Assembly: GCF_006345805.1 (NCBI RefSeq)
Contig: NC_043025.1
Span: 9,362,001-9,426,000 of the forward strand
Length of the DNA: 64,000 nt
Reading direction: 5' to 3'
From: Octopus sinensis
Taxonomy: Eukaryota
In this document: positions 39,374-52,999 of the stretch, one piece after another
Layout: each line of letters opens with the position of its first letter
Numbering within the stretch: the first letter of the stretch is position 1
Position numbers and translations under genes: made by a program
The notes under the pieces: model-generated
What the model was told of the DNA's origin: nothing
What the model saw: only the letters and a program-made list of their open reading frames with translations
Databases searched by the model: none

Positions 39374-40797
39374 AAATAGGGAAAATGTGCAGGGTAGAAA
39401 TTAAGGAAACGATGAAATAAAGGCCTGGAGAAATATAAAGAAATGAAGAATAATGAAATATAAATGTTTAACTTTCCGATAGTGTAGATGTTTGTCCATA
39501 AGTCTTTTGGTAAATTAAGTCTTTTAGTACAATCCTATGTAAATCCAGCTAGTATTAGAGTCTTCATTGTGTAAATATCCAGAGAGAAAGGGGACCATAT
39601 CCAGGTATGTTTACAGTCTTCATAGTATAAGTATCCAGAGAGAGACCTGACCAAATCGATTGTTCGTAAGAGAATGATAGCACAAGTGGCCATAAAGGGA
39701 TAATGAGAAAGAAAAATAAATAGAAAGAGGGGGAGGTATTGGTAGGGAAGCTGGAGGCAGAGAGAGGAGGAACAGGAATGCAATTGACAGGGCATTGGCA
39801 AGGATTGATAGGAAGAATAAGATAAATAATATAAAAATATAATGTAGAAAAATAAACAAGAAGATAGGTAAAGAAATATACAAGGAGAGAGGAGGAAGGT
39901 AAAGGTGGATAAAGTAAAAAATACAAAATAAATTAAAATTAAATAAACAAAAAGATAAATAAATATAAAAGAATAAATAAGGAGAGAGGGGGAAGGTAAA
40001 GGAGGATAAGGTAAGAAATACAAAATAAAGTAAAATAAAATGAAAGGGATTCAAAGAGAAGACGATATAAAGAAGATAGTAGATGCCAGTACTGTCCCAC
40101 AAATTTTTAGGGGTTGGGGCAAGAGGTCAAATAGTGTCCGTTCGTTTTATGGCTAAGGTCATTGGTTGTAGAAATATTTCTCGGCTATGGCGGTATGATT
40201 GTGTAGGGAGGCGTGTATGGAGAAACCAGGTGAATGTTAAATGATTTAGGTATAAGGGTTACAACTAAGGATTAGGGGATCTATTAGGTAATTAAAAATT
40301 AGCAGTTATCATCGAAGCTACTAAGGTAGACAGAAAAGGTATTGAAGGGTCTAGAGGTATGTAAGTGTTATGTGAGGTGGGGGTAAGTTTAAAGTTGGAT
40401 TTAAGGAATAATTTAAAAGTGTGGAAGAATTTGTGTTCACACATTGCGAAGGCTTCATTGTGTTTGTTAAGTAATTGTGGTGAGTTATGGGTTAAACATT
40501 TAAGGGCTTCCTTTAGGCAGAGTCCACAAGTGGATTGCTGGCCCTGATATATTATAGCCCAGATTACCTATATTGTATTTTTCTATTAATTAGATGGTAA
40601 AACAGAGTAGTTTCCCTACCAAAACAAGTGAGAAAACAATTGCAGGAAAATTCTTTCCAGTTCAAAATATCAGATAAACCTAAATTAAAAATCTAAAATT
40701 TTAAATTTAAAACAAATTAAAAGCTTATTTTTAAAATAATAATACGATAATTAAAATAAAACTCCTTGTATTACATTACAAATTAAACCAATCTAAG

Positions 40798-40864
<67 letters not shown>

Positions 40865-42744
40865 TGTATGTATAAATTTAAAAAAAGCTTTATGAGAATG
40901 TAAGCTATAAATTATTCAAATCATATGAGTAAGAAATAAATTAAGAACATTTTATCTAATGAATACTTATATTGATTTATTAAGCTAGAATAAATATATC
41001 TAAATCTAAAAAATAACATTGGAAGGAGTTTACCTCTGAAAAACCTAACCTAAAATAATGGCAACGTAGAAATCCAAAAACAAATGTGAGAAGAACTTAC
41101 TTAAATAGTAAATGCAAAGGATGAAACTATGATTATCAAACTCTCAATAATCGGTTTATCAAATTAAACAAAGTGAAGCATCCTTAAAAGACCTACTTAT
41201 ATAAAATTTTAAAACATGCATTTATTCCTATGAACACTAAAACTCCTCTTTCCGATTTTGAATTTAACAGCTTTCTTCTAGAAAATCAAATCAAAAATAA
41301 TTCTTCAAAACAAAACGAACAGAACTGATTGGCAGTCTTATAGGCCGGAGCCGTCCCTAAAATGTTCCATTCAATAAAGAACAAATTATTATGATCTTTA
41401 AGATTCTAGATGAAATTACTAAGATTAATAGAAGAAGCCTTATTTCTGATCCTAAACGAAAGGTAATGGTTTGAAACCTTGTTTCTTAATATCATTAGCA
41501 GAAGAACCAATATAAATGTAAAGATTACCCTCAGAAATGACTTCAGCTCCATAAACTGCTTCTTTACGTTTACAAGAATTTATAGTTAAACATTTTTCTT
41601 TGTTCCCACGATCATGAAGAGAATTTCCACCCCTACTCAAGCCTTCGACTATTGAATTACTATTAAGCAAATAGTTACCCTCCTCATTATTACTAAAACT
41701 CAGATTTGACTCAAAACCATCACTACCACACTGGTTAATTGAAAAATCAATAACATTAGCATCCATCGAATCGAACTCGTTAATATTAATTGAGCTAACA
41801 CGATGATAAATAAAAACAGATAATTTCTTCTCATTCATAGAAGAAACAATTTGAGTTAAACTCCGAGAAACCGAAAAGCAACCTTAAGGGTTTTCGGGTT
41901 TAAAATTTCATAGTATCTACTTTTTTAATAAAATCTTTCAAAAACAATTTATAAACAGCCCCAAATAAGTTATTTTTTAGATTGTCCAGCAAAGGGAATA
42001 ATACACCATATAATGTTATTCTTGTCCAAACATAAATTAGAATGACCTAAATTATTAACCCTATAGACTAACTTAGAAATGTTACTTTTTAGCATGTGAT
42101 CGCATTTATATTTATGAGCATTAGTAACAGGGGTAAATTGTTATAGCTATAAGCATAGGTATACGTATAAACACCTCAATCTATCTATCCTTATATCTAT
42201 ATTTACTTCAATCAATCAATCTTTATATCTATATATGTGTGCGTGCGTAAACGTTGAACAATAAGAACGTTGTGTCTATCATTCCTTGAACGTGTTGGTT
42301 GTCATTCCAATATATGTCTTCGTTACTCTTTTGGAGTTCATAAATCTCGACATTGTATACTAGTTCTTTTCCAGATATCTACTATTTAGCGGAGAGCAGT
42401 TCAGCGATCTATCGTTACTTATTCATTTATTGCTCACAAGGGGCTAAACACAGAGGGGACAAACAAATACAGACAAACGGACTAAGTCGATTACATCAAG
42501 TGCAGTGCGTAACTGGTACTTAATTTATCGACCCCGAAAGGATGAAAGGCAAAGTCGACCTCGGCGGAATTTGAACTCAGAACGTTACGGCAGGCGAAAT
42601 ACCGCTAAGCATTTCGCTCGGCGTGCTAACGTTTCAACCAGCTTGCCGCCTTACCTATAGTTACTGTCTCTTTCAAGGCTATAAAAACATGTATATTTAC
42701 ATGTATACACGCGCACACATACACAAGCATATACACCCCCCCCA

Positions 42745-42825
<81 letters not shown>

Positions 42826-42828
<3 letters not shown>

Positions 42829-43186
42829 TATTAAAAAGTGAAAAAACTACAGAAGGCTTAAATGTTAAAAAATATATATTTGCGTCAATATGTCTGAAGA
42901 ATATTAAAAAATAAAAAAAATTTTTTCTCTTATAATGACATAATTTAGAAGAAAGACCGGTTTCGCGTTTAGCTTTTCAAATTTCTTGCGACGTTATGTT
43001 TATGTTGAATAGAGTTAACGTCGCAAGAAATTTGAAAAGCTAAACGCGAAACCGGGCTGTCTTCTAAATTATGTCATTATAAGAGAAAATTTTTTTTTAT
43101 TTTTAATATTCTTCAGACATATTGACGCAAATATATATTTTTTAACATTTAAGCCTTTTGTAGTTTTTTCACTTTTTACTATTTTC
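42826..43186. repeat. About 360-bp near-perfect hairpin inside a microsatellite, present only in the right arm
   Basis: Arms of about 170 bp around a loop of about 25 nt (ttatgtttatgttgaatagagttaa). Contains a decayed hammerhead-like GAAACCGGTC. Confidence 0.9.
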
Positions 43187-43232
43187 TATACATTCAACCA
43201 CGTGCTTTCACAAACCAACTTTCTTATCTATA

Positions 43233-43323
<91 letters not shown>

Positions 43324-43394
43324 ATATATATACATACATATATATGTATATATATAGACATACATACATATATATATATGTATATAAATATATG

Positions 43395-43466
<72 letters not shown>

Positions 43467-43777
43467 ATGTTGTTGGGAGAGGCTCCCTTTCTCACCTGAT
43501 GAGAAGATTGCATCTTACACCGTTTATTCCTTTGGAATAAAACCATGTTGTCTTCGAAATATATGTGGAAAATAAAGGAATTTTCTTAACATCTTCGTTC
43601 AACTCCATTTATTTATTTATTCATATATAACACACAAATTTCTGCACATGAAGCCAGTGTTTCTTCCTTTGGATAGGTCGCTTCAACCGTGTTTCTGACG
43701 TGAATTTGCTACCCTGGTGTCGGTTCATCGAATTTTCCATGTTGACGGTAAACATAGGATGATTCATTCACCCATCG

Positions 43778-43854
<77 letters not shown>

Positions 43855-43861
43855 TGAATGT

Positions 43862-43903
<42 letters not shown>

Positions 43904-44374
43904 CATATGTAGGTATGTATATATATGTATGTATGTATAAATATATATATATACATATATACACATACATACAAGAATACACACATGGCCATACACACAC
44001 ACATACTCTAATAAACATTGAATGCCATACACACACATACACACATGTTACAACACACACACACATGAACACACACACACATGCACCCAGATACCTCCTT
44101 CTCTTACACTCTCCTGTCTTTCTTCATCCATTTCCTTCCGGTCATTTCAAAATGTAACGACATATGGATAGTTGCCGTTTTTTTTCCAGCTTCCTTTTCC
44201 CTTGGATATTCCTCTGTCTCCTGTTTCCGTAGAAGAGCTTTGCCCGAAACGTTAAACAACCTTTCTTTCCTTCCCTTAGCGCCCTTTAATACTTTGCGTG
44301 TACCACGGCCTCACCCTGTTGCTTTTTCTTGTGTTTTCTCTTCGTTATTTTTGGAATATATTACATATATATAC

Positions 44375-44483
<109 letters not shown>

Positions 44484-44569
44484 ATATATATATTATAATC
44501 AATATAGAATTTTGCCACCAGCGGCCTAGTGGGAAAAAATAAAATAGTCATAGACCATTTATAAATTCA

Positions 44570-44678
44570 ACAGCAAAATAAAGGAACGGCCATAATAGGC
44601 CATTCACCACTAGAAATAACAGCCAAGGCTGTTATTTCTAGTGGGTGAATGGCCTATTATGGCCGTTCCTTCATTTTG
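44570..44678. repeat. About 108-bp hairpin of a pLTR terminus (same family as 62630)
   Basis: aaggaacggccataataggccattcacc-actagaaataacagcc aa ggctgttatttctagtgggtgaatggcctattatggccgttcctt. Confidence 0.9.
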
Positions 44679-44840
44679 CTATATATATATATATATATAT
44701 AATATAATATACATACATACATGTATATGTATATAATATATATATATATATATGTAGGTCCCGGGTTGATTCGGGGTTAACCACAGTAAATAAGGTACTC
44801 AATACATAGTAGAGTAAAATTAATTTATTATATAGAAGGA

Positions 44841-44889
44841 GCTTCTACAGGACTAGAACTGTTTCATTCAAGAGAAATCTTCAGGAAGC
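44841..44889 (-). ncRNA. Type I hammerhead ribozyme, canonical core
   Basis: gcttc CTGAAGA tttc tctt gaat GAA ACAG ttctagtc CTGT A gaagc. There is one mismatch at the base of stem II. Confidence 0.8.
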
Positions 44890-45129
44890 TAGTTAACAAG
44901 AATTGTATTGGCATTTATACATTTAGGGAGGTTTAAAGGGGTGTTGGTGGGGGACATTTTTGGGGGTAGGCATAGCGCAAAATATCATACTTGGGGGAGT
45001 GGTCAAGGAGTCAGTGTTAAATTAGATAGAAGAATAAATAAAAAAATAAAAAAATATATAAAAAAATATATAAAAATATATATAAAAAAAGGGAATAGAG
45101 TTTTAGGTAAATAAGGAGATTCTCACTTA

Positions 45130-45488
45130 TACCTATGCACATATGTATACATATATACAACACATACAAACATATATACATATACATACACACATACGTA
45201 CACACATATATACATATATATACACTTACACATACATATACATATCTACACATACACATATATGTATACATACACACACTCACATGCATACACGTATACA
45301 CACATGTATATATACACACACGACCACACATACATATACACACAGAAAAATATATATACACATACACACACATACTCACATACACGCATACACACACATA
45401 TCCACACACACATATGCACACACAGCACACTAGTCCCTATATACACATATATACACATACACACACATATACACACACATACATATAC

Positions 45489-45538
<50 letters not shown>

Positions 45539-46692
45539 CATACTATGTGTACCTATGCATACCTACACATACACACATATATATACACATACAAATACAG
45601 ACCCATTCCCTAATTTTAATTTTATTATCTTCATTTATTACTTTTGTTATCTTTGATCGCTGGTCACAAACATCTTGGCTATGACAGCCAGTCCATTTAT
45701 CTGTCTACTGGAAAACAGCACTCATTTGCTCACGCAAGTCTTTAGCACGTACACTCACTCATTCGCACACTCATACACATACACGCACGCCACGCGTTAT
45801 ATTCATACATACATCTACATACATTCACGTATATACACATACGTACGCGTACCTACAGATTCATGTCTACACTCTTAGAAGGCTAGTCTATACATATACA
45901 CCAATAAATATAAATACACACATACATATACACCTACATACAAATACATACATGTATATATATATATACATATATATACATATTCACATATATATACATA
46001 CATATATATATACATATATTATATATATAACATATACATACAATACATATATACATATATATATATATACATATACACACACATACACATACATACATAT
46101 ACACACATACACATACATACGTATACATACATACATACATCCATACATCCATACATACATACATTTATACACATACACACACCCACACGTATACATATAC
46201 GTACATATATATACGCGCATGCATGCACATACAAATACATACACATACGCATATACATATACATACATACACATACACACACACACACATATATATAATA
46301 TATATATATATATACATACATACACACACATACATATACATACATACATATACAAATATACGCACACACATACATACTCATATACACATACACGCACATA
46401 CACATGTACATGCGTACCCATACACACACACACACACGCGCATCCATATATACACATAAGTACACACATGCGTAAAAGTATATATATATCTATGCTTACA
46501 CATACACACACACACACGTGCCTCCTTATATTCATACTTACATGCATACTAAAAAAATAAGTAAATAGTAAAATATATATACGCGCAGTTATTCATACAT
46601 GCATACTCAAAAATAAATAATAAAATATTAAGTTCTGTACGATGCAGTGCAGTTACCTATTATATAGACGGATACATACATATAACTTACAC

Positions 46693-46729
<37 letters not shown>

Positions 46730-47270
46730 ATATACATATATACACACATATATATACAAACACACATATACACATATATATACACACACATAACACATAT
46801 ATATATATATATAACATACTTACACACATGTACAATACATACACATAGATAACTCTACGTACCTACATATACATAAACACACGAGCGTACACGTATATGT
46901 ACATATACACATACACACATATATACCACACCACATACATATATATTACAATATACATATATAATATATATATAATATATATATATACACATATACACAC
47001 ACATATACATGTGTGCAAACATACATACATACGCATACACGCACACACACTTACTATACATAATTACACACACTTACACACAATATATACATACACATAT
47101 ACATACATACATACATACATATATGAATACATACACACACACATATATATATAGACATACATACACATACACATACCTTACATATATATACACAATATAT
47201 ACACATGCACATACTTATATCTCTACATACTCGCATATACATATATATATATATATATACATATATCCTA
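45130..47270. repeat. About 2.1-kb complex (CA/TA/CATA) microsatellite field
   Basis: Seen directly. It is the source of the HTYI-type pseudo-ORFs. Confidence 0.95.
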
Positions 47271-50200
47271 AATCCTTATCCTTAAAAAGTTTTAGCCCGA
47301 AGGCCGCGGCCATGCTGGGGCACCACCGCTGAATGAGCCACACTAGTTGTGAATCCACCTCTGATACGTGGCACTTGATCAACAAGGGAGTTCGATGCTG
47401 CTGCCCGCATCCGCGTCTCCTGTCGTGAGGTAGGTTCATCTGGGACTTCCAACAAGAAGAGATCCAGTTTAGTTTTAAAGAAACCCACATCCACACCATG
47501 TAAGTCTCTCAGGCATTTAGGGAGGATGTTGAAAAGCTGTGGTCCTCTGAAACCCAAGCTGTTGCAGTATCTGGACCTGTATTTTGATGGTGATGTTGGA
47601 ATCCTTGGCACCACGCAGCGGCGCCCCGTTCTGCGGTTGGAGTAACTTTGAATGCCAAAGTTTGGGATAAGACCCTCCAGGATTTTCCAGATGTATATTA
47701 CTGCATATCTCTCCCGCCTCCGCTCCAGGGAGAAGAGGTTTAATACCTTCAGTCTTTCCCAGTAGCTGACATTTGCATTGAGACGATTTTCTTTGTGTAG
47801 CTTCTCTGAGTTGCTTCGAGTTCTGCTGTTTGTTTTATATTGTGTGGTGACCAAAGTTGGGAGCAGTAGTCCAAGCGGCTGAGGGACAAATGTTTTCCAT
47901 AGGACCATCAGTGTCTCCTTCTCTCTTGTTCTGAAAGTTCGGAGAATCCATCCAGCTAGCCGTCTGCATTTTATCACCAGATTAGCAATATGCATTTGGA
48001 AGATGCATCATTGCTCATGTCAATGCCCAGGTCACGCACTGATTTTGACTCAGGGATTGCAATTCTTCCTGGGCCAGTGTATCCAGTCTTCACGTCATTT
48101 ACCTTTGTGTGCCAGTAGCGCAGGGCCTGGAACTTACCTGCATTAAACTGCATGTTGTTGTCCTCAGCCCACCTGTATTGTGTCCAGCTCATGTTGCAGA
48201 TGCGCAATATTTTCAGGGTTCTGTATTGCGTGGGAGACCTTTGTGTCATCTGCATAGCTAGCAAGGGTGGTCATCGTAGCAATGAAGGCATGTCTGAAAG
48301 GGCCACTATGAACATCAGTGGCCCCAAGACAGTGCCCTGTGGGACACCGCTTGTTATTTGCGTTCCCTGGAGGTGGCTCATTGCTCACAACTGCCTGTTT
48401 TCTGTCTTTAGGAAGTTGTGCAGCCACTCTCCAAGTTTCCCGCCTATGCCGAGACCACGCAGTTTATGACAGATCATACCATGGTCGACTTTATCAAAGG
48501 CTTTTGCAAAGTCAAGATATATTACATCCACATTTGAGCCATTTAGTAGCTGTTTCAACACCCAGTCATAGTGCTGCAGGAGCTGTGTTAGGCAGCCTCT
48601 ACCTGGTCGAAATCCATGCTGGGTGTCAGACAGTAAGTCATTTTCTTCAAGGAACATGATTAGTTTCTTACGGACTATTCGTTCCATGACTTTGCTGATG
48701 TGTGAGGTCAGAGAGATAGGCCTATAATTTTTAGCATCTGCTCTGCTACCTCCTTATGGATAGGGCATATTACCCCCTCTTTCAGTTTGACTGGGAGCTT
48801 ACCACTTGCAAGAAAGCTCTGAAAAAGAAGCTGTAGCGGTTTTGCAAGGGCTCGTTTGCACGATTTGAGAAGGATCGCTGGGAATCCATCAGGTCCAGCA
48901 GCTGAGTTTGTGTCAATCTCATCAATGGCTAGTGTGATATCATCTTCTTCGATGTTGATGTACTCAATTTTTGTCTCTTGGCCGCTGGTAAAGTGGCAAA
49001 GAATTCTTCTGAGTTGTTTACTTGCCTGTGTCCTAGAGGTGTAGTGAACACACTTTGGAACTGTTCGTTCAGTATTTCACTTATCCTCGTGGGATTTCTG
49101 TGAGAGAGCCATCTTTTTGGAAGAGAGGTCCTATTCTCTGGTGCACTGTGGCTGTCTCTTTGGCAAACTTAAAGAAAGCTTTAGGGTTTGATTTATATTT
49201 TCTATTACCCAAGCTTCTTTATCTGCTCTCTCCTTTTATGGGACTGATGTAGACTTTTCTCAGTTTCCATTAGCATTCTTTCGAGCCGAGACTTCTCACC
49301 ACTTTTGGTGTGCTTGCTCAGGCGGTTTGCAATCTTGTCCGTCGTCTCATAAGAATCCTCCTTTCTCTAGGGATCCTGTTTTTATTCTGTGTGTGCTGGC
49401 CCTGCACGTTGGGACATATTTGTCACTATGGCTTGTATTATGGACATGAAGTGTTTGTGTTTCATGTTTATGTCCGTGTGGAGAGACATTCAGGCCAATC
49501 CTGTTTGAGGATCTCTTTCTCAATCGACTTCCAGTTGGCTTTATGAAAGTTTAAGTTGGAGAGATGGTGGGTGCTTCGTATAGGCTGTGTGTCTGCGGGG
49601 GCTTTTGTTCCATACATAGACAGCTCTATTATGTTGTGATCCGAGATCATTGTCGGCATCACATTAACATTATGGATAATATCCATATTGTTTGTAAAGC
49701 AGAGATCCAGTATATTATCTGCCCTTGTGGTTGCAGAACTATTTGCTCCATGAAAGAGGTATTTGTGAGATGGAGCAGGGACTCCACCTGTGCCTGCTGA
49801 TGGTGTGTCATCCCTGGGAGCATCTGCCCCCCAGGCCATTCCACATTGGGGAGGTTAAAGTCACCCATGAAGAATACACTGTTGTGCTGTCAAGGTTGGT
49901 GAGGACTTCTCCTATTTTGTTAGGCAGTCTTCAAACATGCCTGAGTGTTTGGGCGTCTGGTGGGCGATATGTAGTGCATATGACGATATTCAGTTGTCTT
50001 ATGTGTACAATTTGAGTTTCACATACTGAGTTTGAATATGACAGCAGGACCTGGGGCGTGAGGTCATCTCGGATGTACATTGCAACTCCACCATGGCTCC
50101 TCCCTTTTCTATCTGTGCGTATGACTGCATATTGCGGCATGTGTATTTCTGCATCACCTATATCGGGTTCAAGATGCGGTTCTGTGAGTGCCATGCATAT

Positions 50201-52999
50201 AGCTTGATTGCATGTCACAAGGTCTCTCAGGAATGAAATTTTTTTTTACAGTTTCCGCGCAGCAGCCCTCCTACATTCAGTAGAAGAAATATTTTGTGGT
50301 GTGTGTGTTGGTGTTGGTGTCTGTGGTGGCCATCCTGCATCTGTTGGAGGTGGCCTTATGTGGTGGTAGTTCCAGCTTTGTGCTTGTAGCCAGGTCAGCT
50401 GCTGAACAATTTTTTGTGCCATGCACCAAAAAGACTGCTGTTCAGCTGCCGCCTTTCTCACATGGGTGAAGCTGGCCACTGTTGGGTTCCGCGCACCACA
50501 TCTGCATACCGTCTTTCAGTAGTGGTCAGTGCGCTTTTTTCCCTTCTTTTAACTTTTTGTTTTGTTTTTGTTCTCCCTGAGGGAGGGACCTCTGTCTCGC
50601 GTCCGTGCGGTTTTGGTAGGGCCTCCGATGTGCAAAGCGACAGTTTGCACCTTCAACGCCGTACCAGCAGTCCCCCTCAGGTAGAATTTGCAGGTGTTTC
50701 TTTCCTGCCCTTACAGTTTTGCTGGGGTCCCTCTGCTTTCTCTGGACAGGGCTCTTAGCCTTGATTCTGTCACCCTTTACCTCCTGCTTCCCATCAATTC
50801 AGGGTGCCTTTCCTTCTTGCGGCCATCGCACCTCTTTGGTCTTCAGTTGTGGTGTTGGAAGCTGGACATGTGTCATCGTTTCCCTTTGTTCCAGGCTTCT
50901 CCATTTGGCTCTGGATGCTTTCCTCATCCTTTTGGCCCTCCCTGCTGCCGTCACCTCCCAGGATGATGTCCGGGTGTCCATATGTTGCCTGTTTAGAGCG
51001 TACGAACGGATAACTTCTCTCTTCTTTCGCTCTATCTGGGCGGTGGTTCTCGAAAAATTGTTGCTTTTCAGCGCCGCAGCAATAATTTCGTTCGGCGAGT
51101 CGTCCTCAGCGATCTTCCAAGCGCGGACGAACAATTGCACCTCTCTCGCAGACCAGTTTCTTGCCCATTTCTTCTAGTGAAATATAGGAACAGAGAGAGA
51201 GATAGAGAAGGAGAGATATGGAGAGGGAGAAGAGAAAGGAGAAAAGCCAGGGGGGGATAGAGAGAGAGACGAGGGGATTCCTGAGAGAGAGAGAAGAAAG
51301 AGAGAGAAATAAGAGGGAAAAAAGAGAAAGGTGAGAGAATGGCAGGTCAGCAGGGGCGAGAGTGAGCGGGATAGAGGTTGTATAGTAGAAAGGGACAGGG
51401 TGGAAAAGTGAGACAAGAGGGTGGAACCTAGGGGGGCAAAGGGGGGAGGAGAGAAAGAAAGGAGGAGAGATAAAATGGAGAGGAAGAGAGAGATGAAATG
51501 GAGAGGGAGAGAGAGAGAGGGCAGGATAGAGGTACCAGGGAGTGAAGTAAAGGGACAGAGAGGGTGGTGGGAGGAAGGAGACAGAGAGAGGAAAAAATGG
51601 AGAGGAAGGAGAGAGATGAAATGGAGGGGAGAGAGAGAGAGGCAGGATAGAGTAAGGGAGTGAAGTAAAGGGACAGAGAGGGTGGTGCGGAGGAAGGAGA
51701 CAGAGAGAGGAAAAAAAGAGACAGGGGGGTGGTGAGCCTTAGAGGGAACAGGGAGAGGAAAGGTAGGAAGAAAAAAGGGGGAGAGAGGGAAGGAGAGGGG
51801 GGCGCACAGAGTGTAGTAAAGGGACAGGAGGGTGGGTGTGTAGAGAAAGAAATAAGGGGACAGAAGGGGAAGAGGAAAAGGGGTTTGACCTGTGAAGGAG
51901 CGGAGAGGAAAGAGGCAGAGAGGGGGAGGGGGAGTAGTAGTAACAGGAGAGAGAGAGAAAGAGGGCGGTATATAGATACAAGAGAGAATGAGTGAAGTTG
52001 AGGAACTGAGAGAGGGGGTGAGGTGAGAGAAAGTTGATCTGAGAGAGATGCAGAAAGAGAAACGATTGCAGAGGGAGAGAGAGGGAGAGAGAGGGAGGAG
52101 GGGAGAGTGAGAGCGGAAATAGAGGGTCTGGTGGATGGGGAGACAGATAAGGTATAAAGTATGAGAGAGATAGAAATAGAAATGGAAGAAAGAGAGGGAG
52201 AGATTATAAGATAGAATAGCGCGTATTTTATATCTTTTTAATTATTATTTTCTGTTTGAAAGAACACTAATTGATAACAAATAATAAAAATGTATGAGAG
52301 AGATAGAAATAGAAATGTAAAAAAAAGAAAGAGAGTGCGTGGAGGCACGAAATTATAAAGATTATAAAGATAGAATAACGCGTATTTATATTTTTATATC
52401 TTTTTTGTTTTTTAATTATTTTCTGTTTGAAAGAACACTAATGATAACAAGATAAATAATATCTTACCTTACCGGCTGACAGAGAGTATTACGTGATTCC
52501 TTTTATAAGAAAGGAAGATAGATAGACAAGGACAGACCTTTTATATTCCTCCCCAAGCGCACTTGTAAACAAAAGGGGTTTGAGTTTCGATTAGCACATG
52601 CAACAGTTTCACGATACTTTCTATATTTTCCTAAGCGCGATTTGGTATTAAGCAGCAAATTTTTCAGAGGCTTTTTCAGAAACACGCAGAATACATCAAA
52701 CGAAAATATCCTTCTCAAAAATACTGTGTCTGTTGATTCACAGACGAAGAATAAAATTCACTTCGATTTCGGGAAGTAACCACACGTGCGTTTTATACAC
52801 GTGTATTCGCGAGTATGTTCTAGTTGCAAATACTACATCAAAAGCGAAAATATCTTCTCAAATACAGTTGACTTGTTGTACTATCACTTATATTCGCTTT
52901 GCAGACAATTTCGCTTCTGATAACATCGATCTCTGGAAGGACCTTCTTTAATATTAGGAGAGACACGTTAACACACTTGTTGTTAGTTCAGCGCCATCT

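Larger units (their letters stand above)
36283..44362 (-). repeat. Right arm of the large inverted segmental duplication
   Basis: Reverse complement of 16374-23060, plus arm-specific sequence at about 38065-38288, 42826-43186 and 43705-44185. Confidence 0.97.

Noticed and set aside
16374-44362. Giant TIR transposon (Maverick/Teratorn-like) interpretation of the inverted arms
   Set aside because: The spacer has no polymerase, integrase or intact transposase. The arms are TE patchwork with no definable TSD.
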